Part shown: piece by piece, positions 1 to 8,227 of the stretch
How the letters are laid out: every line of letters begins with the position of its first letter
Numbering within the stretch: position 1 is the first letter of the stretch
Source of the DNA: a virus
DNA length: 57,386 nucleotides
Virus record (IMG/VR): IMGVR_UViG_3300006141_000016
Strand: one strand, 5' to 3'
The notes under the pieces: generated by a model
Told to the model about the DNA's origin: nothing
Databases searched by the model: none
Seen by the model: the letters and a program-made list of their open reading frames with translations, nothing else
Position numbers and translations under genes: made by a program

Positions 1-1833
1 ATACCATGGCTTACACAGCTTGTAAGTGCTATTTCTACAGCCATGACGTACGTGGCGCAGTTTATCGCCGTATTGAGTGGGAAAAGCACGTTCACAAAAG
101 CCAAAAAAGTGCAGGATGATTACAACAAATCTTTGGGCGGCACGGCGAAAGCGGCAGACAAGGCGAGGGGAGCCTTAGCCAAATTTGATGATCTGGATGT
201 GTTGGAAAAGAAAGAAGATACATCCGGCGGGGGAGCTGGAACGGAAGAGACCGGGGCAAACATGTTTGAAGAAGTTCCGGTTGACACTGAAGTATTGAGT
301 TTCTGGCAGCGGGTGCAGGAGGTTATGAAACCGGTTATTGAGTATGCCCGGCAGCTTAAAGATATTTTTTCTCAAGGCTTTTTTGATGGTCTGGGGGATT
401 GGGAATACCGTTGGGAATCCATCAAGTCAAGCATTTCGTCTGTAAAGGAAAGCTTAAAGAATATTTTCACAGACCCGGCAGTATTAGGGGCATCTAATAG
501 CTGGGCACAGTCAGTGGCATATACTCTTGGCTCTATTGCAGGCTCTATATCAAGCATTGGATTAACTATTGCCGAGAATCTGTTCGGAGGAATAGAAATA
601 TTCCTTGATGAAAATAAAGAACAGATTAAAGAAAATCTAATTTCCATGTTTGATGTCATAGAAGACATCAACTATTTGATAGCTTCTTTTGCTGAATCGT
701 TTGCTTACGTTTTTGAAGCATTTGGTGGTGAAAACGGGCAACAACTTACCGCAAATCTTATAGAGATATTTACAAATTCGTTTTTGGAATTAGGTGTAAT
801 AGTCGGAGAACTGGCCGGAGACATTCTAAACATCATCATAAAGCCATTTATAGATAACAAAGAAAAATTTCGCACTGCGTTGGATGGCTTTTTAGGTGTT
901 CTCTCAGAAGTGACAGAAACTATAAAGCAAGGCATAGAAGATACATTTGATAAATTCAATGAAATGTATGATGAGCATCTCAAGCCGTTTTTTAATTCCA
1001 TTGCGGAAGGTCTGTCAGATACTGCCGGAAAGTTTTTTGATTTCTGGAACGAGAACGTGCAGCCAATATTGGAGGAGTGGGCAGAAGGATTTGATGTTTT
1101 GTGGCAGGAACATATTCAGCCAATGTTAGATAAATTTATTGGGTTACTGGGAAAAGTAGGGGATTTCTTGTTAGCTGTTTGGGAAAACATCTTGAAGCCA
1201 CTTATTGACTGGATAATTGAAAATGTTCTTCCAGTTATTCTTCCGATTATAAAAGGAATCGGAGATGCAATCGGAACCTTATTTGGATTAATATCGGATG
1301 TTGTAGGAGGAATTTTTGATATATTTGGCGGACTTATTGATTTCGTAGTAGGTGTGTTCACGGGTGACTGGGAAAAGGCCTGGAATGGTATAGTTGATGT
1401 CTTCAAAGGAATATTTAATCTTATTCCAACTATCATAGAGGGAATACTAAATCTGGCAATAGATTTGATAAACGGGCTTGTAGACGGAATAAATGTTGTT
1501 ACCGGAGTTGTTGGGATACCTGAAATACCAGATATACCAAAAGTAAAACTCCCCCGCCTGGCCACCGGAGCCGTCATCCGCGGCGGAAATCCATTTATGG
1601 CAATCCTGGGCGACCAGCCGGCCGGAAAAACAAATATCGAGGCGCCGCTGGACACCATCAAGCAGGCCGTCCGGGAGGAACTGTCCGGAATTGACTTTGG
1701 AAGTGCCAGAAGCGGGCAGACAAAAGTGGTACTGAATATTAATGGTGTGGATGTGGGAGAAGCGGTGCTGGATGATCTGTTTTCGGTCATGTCCAGGCGT
1801 GGATATGATGTGAGTGTGCTGGGGGTGACGTGA
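1..1833 (+). CDS. Tape measure protein, C-terminal part; same ORF as 55990..57386, wrapping the circular junction (1-131 duplicates 57256-57386)
   Basis: Frame 1 is open from base 1 to TGA 1831-1833. Contains G/I/L-rich hydrophobic blocks (GIGDAIGTLFGLISDVVGGIFDIFGGLIDFVVGVF). Lies directly upstream of the tail genes. Confidence 0.85.
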   Translation: MPWLTQLVSAISTAMTYVAQFIAVLSGKSTFTKAKKVQDDYNKSLGGTAKAADKARGALAKFDDLDVLEKKEDTSGGGAGTEETGANMFEEVPVDTEVLSFWQRVQEVMKPVIEYARQLKDIFSQGFFDGLGDWEYRWESIKSSISSVKESLKNIFTDPAVLGASNSWAQSVAYTLGSIAGSISSIGLTIAENLFGGIEIFLDENKEQIKENLISMFDVIEDINYLIASFAESFAYVFEAFGGENGQQLTANLIEIFTNSFLELGVIVGELAGDILNIIIKPFIDNKEKFRTALDGFLGVLSEVTETIKQGIEDTFDKFNEMYDEHLKPFFNSIAEGLSDTAGKFFDFWNENVQPILEEWAEGFDVLWQEHIQPMLDKFIGLLGKVGDFLLAVWENILKPLIDWIIENVLPVILPIIKGIGDAIGTLFGLISDVVGGIFDIFGGLIDFVVGVFTGDWEKAWNGIVDVFKGIFNLIPTIIEGILNLAIDLINGLVDGINVVTGVVGIPEIPDIPKVKLPRLATGAVIRGGNPFMAILGDQPAGKTNIEAPLDTIKQAVREELSGIDFGSARSGQTKVVLNINGVDVGEAVLDDLFSVMSRRGYDVSVLGVT

Positions 1834-2225
1834 TGAAATTTCAAAAAGGAATAATAGTCGACGGGATATTTTTTGACATCCCCATGGTTTCACTGAAACG
1901 TTCTGCGGATTTCCTGGACAAGTATGCAGAGCGCACAGAAGATGGAGAACTGCAGAGGGAGCTGATCGGGGTGTATTACAATTACACCCTGACAGCCGGT
2001 ACGAGCAGCGATTTTGGCGATACGGATTATGATGCATTTTGGGACAAAATGACGGAGCCGGTGGAGTTCCATGACATATCCATCCCATTGAAAAACGGAT
2101 ACTACACATTCCGCGGTTACATATCCAGTGTATCAGACGAATACAAGAAAATCCTGGACAATGAAGCAGAGTTTACCGGCTTTACCTGTAAATTAACCGC
2201 TAAATCCCCAGCGAGGAGACCATGA
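1830..2225 (+). CDS. Small tail protein in the distal-tail (Dit) position
   Basis: ATGA overlap with the TMP stop; 131 aa. Synteny is TMP, this gene, then a large tail protein. No motif recognised. Confidence 0.5.
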   Translation: MMKFQKGIIVDGIFFDIPMVSLKRSADFLDKYAERTEDGELQRELIGVYYNYTLTAGTSSDFGDTDYDAFWDKMTEPVEFHDISIPLKNGYYTFRGYISSVSDEYKKILDNEAEFTGFTCKLTAKSPARRP

Positions 2226-3943
2226 GAACAGAATTTTTTGTTGATTACAACCTATATGACTTGACAGCATTGGACAATGCCCGAGAATCTTCAGCCAGCA
2301 ATGCCATGTTTGCAGATATCAGTCGGATAAAAGAAAACCTTCCAGCACCGGATTACGGTACCCTTGAACACAATTTCTTTGTGCTTGACGAGAGTCGGGA
2401 GGAGTTCCCGGACGTTCCGAAGGACCTTGTGTATTTTTCTTCCGGTCAGTCCGTGGCGGACGGAACCTTTCCTGCGGAGCAGTCGATCTCTATCCGCTTC
2501 ACGGAAAATCATACAAGTGTAGGGCTGACATTGACCTTTTTGGACACATATCCCATGGAGCTGGAAATATCCTGGTATGATCTTGGCGGGAACATGAAAT
2601 CGAAAAGAAAGTTTTTTCCTGATGCTCTTGTATATTTCTGTGAGCATCAGGTAGAAGATTACGGACAGATCAAGATCATATTTTTGAAAGCTCTTCCATG
2701 GCACAATGTAAAGCTGCAGTATATTAAATATGGTACAAGCATAACCTGGAACAGTGATACAATCAAAATAGGGAAATTAATTAATGAAGTGGATCCCATC
2801 AGCGACCGGATATCAACAGATACCCTTACATTTGAATTTATTGATAAACATGATGAATTCAACCTGGGGAATCAAAGCGGAATGCACAAGACATTTCAAC
2901 GGCGGCAAAACATGCTTGCCTATGAAAGAGTTGACAATGAGGTTATACCACTTGGAACTTTTTTTCTGGATAGTACTTCTATTACAAAGAATATCTGCAA
3001 AATGACGGCAATTGACTATAAAGGGATGCTGGCAAACACAGATTTTATAGACGGGAGAATGTATAACGGGGAAAAAGCAGGCGGAATCATAGCAGAAATT
3101 ATGGCGTCTGCTGGAATTACTGATTATGAAGTGGATGAAGTAACGGCAGACACGCCGTTATATGGCACGCTTAAAATCCAGACCTGCCAGAAAGCTCTCC
3201 GGGAAGTGCTGTTTGCGTGCGGAAGTATCATCAACACGTCACGACAGAAAGGAATATCCATTTACAGCAGTAAAAAAACAGTCAAGTCTGGTATTGGGAG
3301 AAGCAGAAAATTTGAGACGGCAATAGAGATGGAACGATATGTGTCGGATATAAATGTAAAATACCAGACATGGACGCTGGAAGAAAAGAGAAGTGAAATC
3401 ACAAAGGGGAGCTATCCGCCGGGGAGTCATATGATACAATTTGCAAGTCCGGCGGCCGAGTTGATGTCAAGCGCCGGGAAGATAATAAAGCAGATGCCAT
3501 ACTATGTGATATTGGAAATCCCGGCCCAGCAGCGGTCTGAAGTAGTTATTACTGGCCGAAAATACGTTGGAGAAGAACTGACAGTACTGTCCAGTATTGA
3601 GAAGATAAAAAGCGGGGAACTACGGAATTCAAAAACATTTTCTGGTGCGTTGCTTGATCTGGTGGCGGCGCAAAATGTGGCAAATAAGATTCTGGAATAC
3701 TATCAGTTGCAGCAGATTATAAAGACAAAGTACATTGCCTCAGAAGAAAAAGCTGGGGACATGGTGGAAATCGAAAACCCTTCCAGAAAGCATGGAAATT
3801 TCGCTGCATCCATTGAATCTGTGACAACGGACCTTGCAGGCGGATTTATAAGCACTGCAAAATGCAGGGGATATTATAAAATGCTTACAGATTACTATAT
3901 GGCGGGTGAAATCTATGCTGGAGAAGAGACCGGGATAATATAG
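2222..3943 (+). CDS. Tail-associated / baseplate hub protein (Tal position)
   Basis: 573-aa ORF with GAGGAG RBS, coupled to the upstream gene. Position after TMP/Dit. C-terminal GEIYAGE motif is shared with 5618..6163. Confidence 0.6.
   Translation: MRTEFFVDYNLYDLTALDNARESSASNAMFADISRIKENLPAPDYGTLEHNFFVLDESREEFPDVPKDLVYFSSGQSVADGTFPAEQSISIRFTENHTSVGLTLTFLDTYPMELEISWYDLGGNMKSKRKFFPDALVYFCEHQVEDYGQIKIIFLKALPWHNVKLQYIKYGTSITWNSDTIKIGKLINEVDPISDRISTDTLTFEFIDKHDEFNLGNQSGMHKTFQRRQNMLAYERVDNEVIPLGTFFLDSTSITKNICKMTAIDYKGMLANTDFIDGRMYNGEKAGGIIAEIMASAGITDYEVDEVTADTPLYGTLKIQTCQKALREVLFACGSIINTSRQKGISIYSSKKTVKSGIGRSRKFETAIEMERYVSDINVKYQTWTLEEKRSEITKGSYPPGSHMIQFASPAAELMSSAGKIIKQMPYYVILEIPAQQRSEVVITGRKYVGEELTVLSSIEKIKSGELRNSKTFSGALLDLVAAQNVANKILEYYQLQQIIKTKYIASEEKAGDMVEIENPSRKHGNFAASIESVTTDLAGGFISTAKCRGYYKMLTDYYMAGEIYAGEETGII
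2730..2763 (+). promoter_or_regulatory. Intragenic copy of the conserved promoter motif (ATGGTACAA-N19-TACAAT)
   Basis: Exact match to the bipartite motif, with the same 19-nt gap as the seven intergenic copies. Lies inside CDS 2222..3943. Confidence 0.4.
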
Positions 3944-3957
3944 ATAGGAGAAATCGT

Positions 3958-5613
3958 ATGCAGTACCCTAAACAGACAGACAACTACGATGTTGATATTT
4001 TCAATTCCAATTTCAGGGATCTGGCCAGCCAGATACTGTCTCTGGATACGGCAAAGCTTGACAGGACAGACGCCCAGGGACTTTTCAGGGACGTGTTCTT
4101 CAACCGGAGCAATGGCGCCATCGTTTTTACGCTTTATGACGGGTCAACCAAGACAATCGACACGCTGCTAGAAAAGCTTGCGGTGAATTTTGACTTCGAC
4201 CGGGAGACACAGAGGCTTATTGTTACTCTGGACGACGGCACCGAGAAATATGTGGATCTGTCCGCCTTTGTTTCCCAGTATGAGTTCACGGACTCCGACA
4301 CTGCCGTCTGGGTTCTGGGCGACAGCGGGGAGGTATCTGTAAAGATCAGGGAGGGGAGCATTGAAGAGAAGCACCTTCGTCCGGACTATCTGGCCGATAT
4401 TAGGGCGGAAGCGGAAAAAGCCATGGCATCCAGCCGGGAGGCGGCAGAGAGCCAGCGTAGCGCAGAGGAATCGGAGGCAGGGGCCGTCGCAGGGGCCGCG
4501 GCTTCCGCAGAAAGCGCAGGGAATGCAGAGGCCGCGTCATGGGCAGCCCTCACGGCAAAAGAGGCAGCGCTAGAGGCCGCCGAGGCCGCACGGGATTCTG
4601 CGAACCACTCACAGAGCTATGCGGTGGGAACGGGAGGCGCCCGCCCGGATGAGTCCACAGACAGCGCAAAGCACTATTATGAGCAGGTCCGGCTGATCGC
4701 GGAGCGGATAGAAGGCAGCTCCGTTACCGCGGTCAACGGGAAAACGGGAAACGTAGTGCTTGACAGTGAAGACATCGGCGCGCTGCCTGATACTACTAAA
4801 TACGCAGGCTCCGAGACTGTGGGGGGGCCGGCAAATAGTTTGAAAAATTTTTTCAACTCACTGAATATAGATGCAGGACTTGACCCAGGAGTGGTAAACA
4901 TCATATCTTATGTAAGTAACACGGGTAATATATATGGCGCAATGGATGGAGCAGAATTTGTTCAATCGTACAATTCCGATTACGCGTATCAGATGTATGG
5001 GGACTATCGATCAGGGCAGCTTGCCACAAGGGGGAAGAGCGGCGGCACATGGGGCCCGTGGCGGAAACAGCTGGACTCCGAAAACTATACTGGGCTGACC
5101 CCGAAGCTTGCCCCGCAAGTTCATTACGGCACTATGGCGAGGCGGCAGGGATACTACAAGGTTAATATAAACTCTGCCGTCGGATGGATGCTCTCCTGCA
5201 TGGTGATGTTGTATCAGGACTATAATGCGTATGTAATTCTGGTAAACGGATATCAATATGATAATAATTTCTGGTATTTACCCAAGGTGGATCTGGTTTC
5301 CGCAACAGAGGGCATAAACAGCATTCCAGTCAAGTTTGGGTATGACGGTATCGGAAAGCTGTGGTTTGCTGTTCCGTCAGGTAGTTATACAGGTATAACA
5401 GTATGCAACATCAACAACGGGTATATACAAGTGGAGGGCTGGGCGGACAAGATATCCATCAAATACGAGGAATCCCTCAGCGGAACAGTGCAGGCTGAGA
5501 AAACCGCGTATGCGCCGACGAAATCCCCCGAGGTGCGAAGTATCAGAAAGGTGGCTTCACTGCCCCCCGACGCGGCAAGTCATCCGGACACGTTATATGT
5601 TATTGTGGGGTGA
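3958..5613 (+). CDS. Tail fibre / receptor-binding protein
   Basis: 551 aa with GGAG RBS. An Ala/Glu-rich coiled segment (AEAEKAMASSREAAESQRSAEESEAG...) is followed by a beta-rich C-terminal domain. Confidence 0.7.
   Translation: MQYPKQTDNYDVDIFNSNFRDLASQILSLDTAKLDRTDAQGLFRDVFFNRSNGAIVFTLYDGSTKTIDTLLEKLAVNFDFDRETQRLIVTLDDGTEKYVDLSAFVSQYEFTDSDTAVWVLGDSGEVSVKIREGSIEEKHLRPDYLADIRAEAEKAMASSREAAESQRSAEESEAGAVAGAAASAESAGNAEAASWAALTAKEAALEAAEAARDSANHSQSYAVGTGGARPDESTDSAKHYYEQVRLIAERIEGSSVTAVNGKTGNVVLDSEDIGALPDTTKYAGSETVGGPANSLKNFFNSLNIDAGLDPGVVNIISYVSNTGNIYGAMDGAEFVQSYNSDYAYQMYGDYRSGQLATRGKSGGTWGPWRKQLDSENYTGLTPKLAPQVHYGTMARRQGYYKVNINSAVGWMLSCMVMLYQDYNAYVILVNGYQYDNNFWYLPKVDLVSATEGINSIPVKFGYDGIGKLWFAVPSGSYTGITVCNINNGYIQVEGWADKISIKYEESLSGTVQAEKTAYAPTKSPEVRSIRKVASLPPDAASHPDTLYVIVG
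5561..5607 (+). repeat. 47-bp perfect direct repeat, copy 1 (3' end of the fibre gene)
   Basis: tgccccccgacgcggcaagtcatccggacacgttatatgttattgtg is identical to 6407..6453. Confidence 0.95.
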
Positions 5614-5617
5614 GCGC

Positions 5618-6163
5618 ATGAACCATGATTTCTTCAGACATTATTCCCACGAAAGACTCCGGCGGTATACCCATGGACAGATGTCCCTGACCTACTGGTT
5701 CGTTTTTGTGTATGACCGGACCAAGAAGGATGTACTCCGGGTAGTGGAGCTAAATGAAAAATACCTGAATCGCACAATCACAGAAGAGGAGAAAGAGGAA
5801 TGGATCTCTGGCATCAAGGGGGCCCTCAACGTCCTTGACCTGAATAGGATAGAGTGGAACACGCGCCTGATAGGGGAGTTTGAGCTGCTGCGTCTCTCAG
5901 TAAGGACCAGAAGATGGAATCAGGGCGACCTCCCCAGATCAAGTGATTTTGTGCGGATACTTGATAATGTACAGAAAATAAGAAATGCATGGGCCGTGAC
6001 GTCCTCCACCCCACAGACGCCAGAGCAGCCCCTTACCTCATACCAAAAATGGAACGACATAGAGCGAATCATGCATGACATTGCATTTACATATGGGAGA
6101 TCAATAGGAGATCTCAGCTATTGCGGCGAGATATACGCCGGGGAAGGGATAGGTACAATCTAA
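5618..6163 (+). CDS. Tail-fibre-module protein, function unknown
   Basis: ATG 5618 lies just after the fibre stop; the 5510 start in the ORF track overlaps the fibre. 181 aa. The C-terminus YCGEIYAGEGIGTI resembles the end of 2222..3943. Confidence 0.55.
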   Translation: MNHDFFRHYSHERLRRYTHGQMSLTYWFVFVYDRTKKDVLRVVELNEKYLNRTITEEEKEEWISGIKGALNVLDLNRIEWNTRLIGEFELLRLSVRTRRWNQGDLPRSSDFVRILDNVQKIRNAWAVTSSTPQTPEQPLTSYQKWNDIERIMHDIAFTYGRSIGDLSYCGEIYAGEGIGTI

Positions 6164-6459
6164 TGGCATTTATTAAGAAGGAATGGAAGGATCGGCTGGC
6201 GGAGTTTGCCGGGAGGCGCAGGCTGACCAATATCGACACCGGCGAGGAAATGACCGTAGATGTAGAGCGGGACGAGGGCCTCGTGTCCCAGACAGGGGAC
6301 AGCTTTTCCGGGAAAAACATGAATGACCTGGAGGGCAGGATAGAGGCTGCGTTTGCCGAATGTACCAGATCTGCTGTTGTCAAAAACATCAACAGTGTCC
6401 AGACCTTGCCCCCCGACGCGGCAAGTCATCCGGACACGTTATATGTTATTGTGCAATAG
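6163..6459 (+). CDS. Short tail-fibre-like protein (98 aa)
   Basis: TAATG-coupled start. The N-terminus (KKEWKDRLAEF..RRRL..NMNDLEGRI) resembles Firmicutes phage fibre N-termini. The last 15 aa are identical to fibre 3958..5613. Confidence 0.55.
   Translation: MAFIKKEWKDRLAEFAGRRRLTNIDTGEEMTVDVERDEGLVSQTGDSFSGKNMNDLEGRIEAAFAECTRSAVVKNINSVQTLPPDAASHPDTLYVIVQ
6407..6453 (+). repeat. 47-bp perfect direct repeat, copy 2
   Basis: Identical to 5561..5607. Encodes the same LPPDAASHPDTLYVIV C-terminus. Confidence 0.95.
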
Positions 6460-6472
6460 GAGGAGTATGGTT

Positions 6473-7399
6473 ATGCCGATTTATTTTGGGGCAAGTAAAG
6501 CTAAATTTTCTGTGGGAAACAAAAAAGTTATAAAGATGTATCAAGGCGCACAGCTTGTTTATTCCTCAGGGAACGTTTGTAATTATTATGTAAACGGATC
6601 TTTGGTTCACACTCAGGAATACGACGAAGGTCAAAGCGTCTTAAGCCCTTCCTATACTGTCCCGTCTGTTAGCGGGAGAGTTTTTAAAGGCTGGAGCACT
6701 ACTAACGGCGGCCAGCCTGCCGGCTCCTTGACAATGGGAGATTCGCCAATTTCTTTGTATGCCAGGTTTAACTATATTGTAACCTATAACTTCAACGGCC
6801 GGAATTATACTCAAGAGTATGACGAAGGCCAAAGTGTATTATCCCCTTCCGTTGTCTATCCTGCTATCACGGGGGCAACCTTTCTTGGTTGGGTTACTAG
6901 CAGAACCGCCACTACTCCACTAACCAACTTGACGATGGGCTCCGACCCGATTACTTTGTACGCGTTGTTTAAATGGGCTGATACTGACCGCGTTAACCAG
7001 ATTGGTTTGCGTATTAGTTTTGGACAACCTTACAATATCAATTCAAACGAGATCAACGCGACCACGAACCACTCTGGAACGTATACTTATCCGATGGATA
7101 CAAGCAAATACGATCGTCATTATATTAAGGGATATGCTATGGAGCTCCTATGCAACAATAATACAGTTGGGCAAGTATGGTCTACCTCTTACATCGATGG
7201 CGTAGTTGTAAAGCAATACAAAAGTCCTTATGGTGGTGGCGACATTCAAACCATTGTGGATAAGGGTGTAATTGAGTGGACGGTTGCGGGACCTCCGACG
7301 TTTACAGTCGCGGATGGTTCTAGCTTTCATGGCGGGGGTACTAGAAACGGTTTTTATGTAGAAAGTATTAGATTTCTTGGTAAAACGACAACTATTTAA
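6473..7399 (+). CDS. Putative adhesin / receptor-binding protein with two Listeria-Bacteroides (InlB B-repeat-like) repeats
   Basis: AGGAGG RBS. Two tandem ~66-aa repeats (..TQEYDEGQSVLSPS...G..F.GW....LTMG..PI.LYA.F). An alternative ATG lies at 6467. Confidence 0.65.
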   Translation: MPIYFGASKAKFSVGNKKVIKMYQGAQLVYSSGNVCNYYVNGSLVHTQEYDEGQSVLSPSYTVPSVSGRVFKGWSTTNGGQPAGSLTMGDSPISLYARFNYIVTYNFNGRNYTQEYDEGQSVLSPSVVYPAITGATFLGWVTSRTATTPLTNLTMGSDPITLYALFKWADTDRVNQIGLRISFGQPYNINSNEINATTNHSGTYTYPMDTSKYDRHYIKGYAMELLCNNNTVGQVWSTSYIDGVVVKQYKSPYGGGDIQTIVDKGVIEWTVAGPPTFTVADGSSFHGGGTRNGFYVESIRFLGKTTTI

Positions 7400-7437
7400 T
7401 TGTAGACATTTTATAAAAAGAAAGGAGGAAATTCAAA

Positions 7438-7530
7438 ATGGGCTATTATTTTAATCCATGCTTACCGCAAGGTTGCAAGTCAAGAGAAGCCATGCGCATA
7501 AGAGCCTCCCCCAGACGGGGGACAACATAA
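7438..7530 (+). CDS. 30-aa micro-ORF (MGYYFNPCLPQGCKSREAMRIRASPRRGTT)
   Basis: Strong RBS AAAGGAGGAA 8 nt upstream of the ATG. No other support. Confidence 0.25.
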   Translation: MGYYFNPCLPQGCKSREAMRIRASPRRGTT

Positions 7531-7543
7531 AACAAAAACCATG

Positions 7544-7575
7544 AGCCGGGACACCTTGTGAGGGTGGTTCCGGCT
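7544..7575 (+). terminator. Hairpin after the tail/fibre block
   Basis: AGCCGG-ACACC...GGTG-TCCGGCT stem followed by the A/T-rich ATTATTAT. The U-tract is weak. Confidence 0.4.
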
Positions 7576-7581
7576 ATTATT

Positions 7582-7615
7582 ATGGTACAACAGCCTTTGC
7601 ATTTGGATGTAAAAT
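7582..7615 (+). promoter_or_regulatory. Conserved promoter motif copy (ATGGTACAA-N19-TAAAAT) upstream of the lysis cassette
   Basis: Bipartite motif with exact spacing. Intergenic, 29 nt upstream of the xhlA-like start. Confidence 0.6.
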
Positions 7616-7643
7616 TTAAATAAAAATCGAGGTGATAATTATT

Positions 7644-7961
7644 ATGGAAGTGGCTTATGTATCGAGGCAGGAGCACAATGAGTTTGCCCGCCGAATCGAC
7701 GAGGAAAACGCGCGCCAGAACCGCAGGCTACAGCTTTTGGAGGATAATGTCCGGCAAATCAACGCCCTCACTGTATCGGTAGAAAAAATGGCAGTCAACA
7801 TGGGCAATATGCTGGAGGAGCAGAAGAAGCAGGGAAAGCGCCTGGAGGCATTGGAAAAAGAACCCACGGAATCGTACAAACATATCAAAATGGCAATTAT
7901 CACATCGGTAATCAGCACAATCGTAGGTGCCTTAATTGGTGCAGTGGTGGTTCTTTTATAA
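7644..7961 (+). CDS. XhlA-like lysis-associated membrane protein
   Basis: GAGGTGA RBS. Coiled-coil followed by a single C-terminal TM segment (MAIITSVISTIVGALIGAVVVLL), as in PBSX XhlA. Sits before the holin and amidase. Confidence 0.7.
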   Translation: MEVAYVSRQEHNEFARRIDEENARQNRRLQLLEDNVRQINALTVSVEKMAVNMGNMLEEQKKQGKRLEALEKEPTESYKHIKMAIITSVISTIVGALIGAVVVLL

Positions 7962-7975
7962 GAAAGGAGAATAAA

Positions 7976-8191
7976 ATGAAAAACAGGAATTGGATGGAAT
8001 GGATGAAGAAGGCAGGAATCAGGGCAGTGAAAACAATGGCCCAGACAGCAGTGGCGATGCTCCCCGCAGCTGCTACCATTACGGCGGTAGATTGGAAGAC
8101 CGTGGCAGGGACAGCGGCACTTGCAGGCGTAGCCTCTTTGCTTACATCTCTTAAGGGACTGCCGGAGTTAGAAGACGGGGCGCAGGTGTAA
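7976..8191 (+). CDS. Holin (phi LC3 / Phage_holin_1-like)
   Basis: 71 aa. The pattern IRAVKTMAQTAVAML....VDWKTV...ALAGVASLLTSLKGLPE matches the LC3-family signature as recalled. Position between the XhlA-like gene and the amidase. Confidence 0.8.
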   Translation: MKNRNWMEWMKKAGIRAVKTMAQTAVAMLPAAATITAVDWKTVAGTAALAGVASLLTSLKGLPELEDGAQV

Positions 8192-8227
8192 CTACAATAT
8201 TGAAATTGGACAAGGAGGAACGTGAGT

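Noticed and set aside
4361-4573. 70-aa Arg/Gln-rich + strand ORF inside the tail fibre gene (alternate frame)
   Set aside because: It lies within the GC- and Ala-rich coiled region of the fibre. It is a low-complexity artefact of the alternate frame and has no RBS.
5561-6453. Diversity-generating retroelement (template/variable repeat pair) at the tail fibre
   Set aside because: The two repeat copies are identical rather than differing at adenines, they are only 47 bp long, and no reverse transcriptase gene exists anywhere in the genome.
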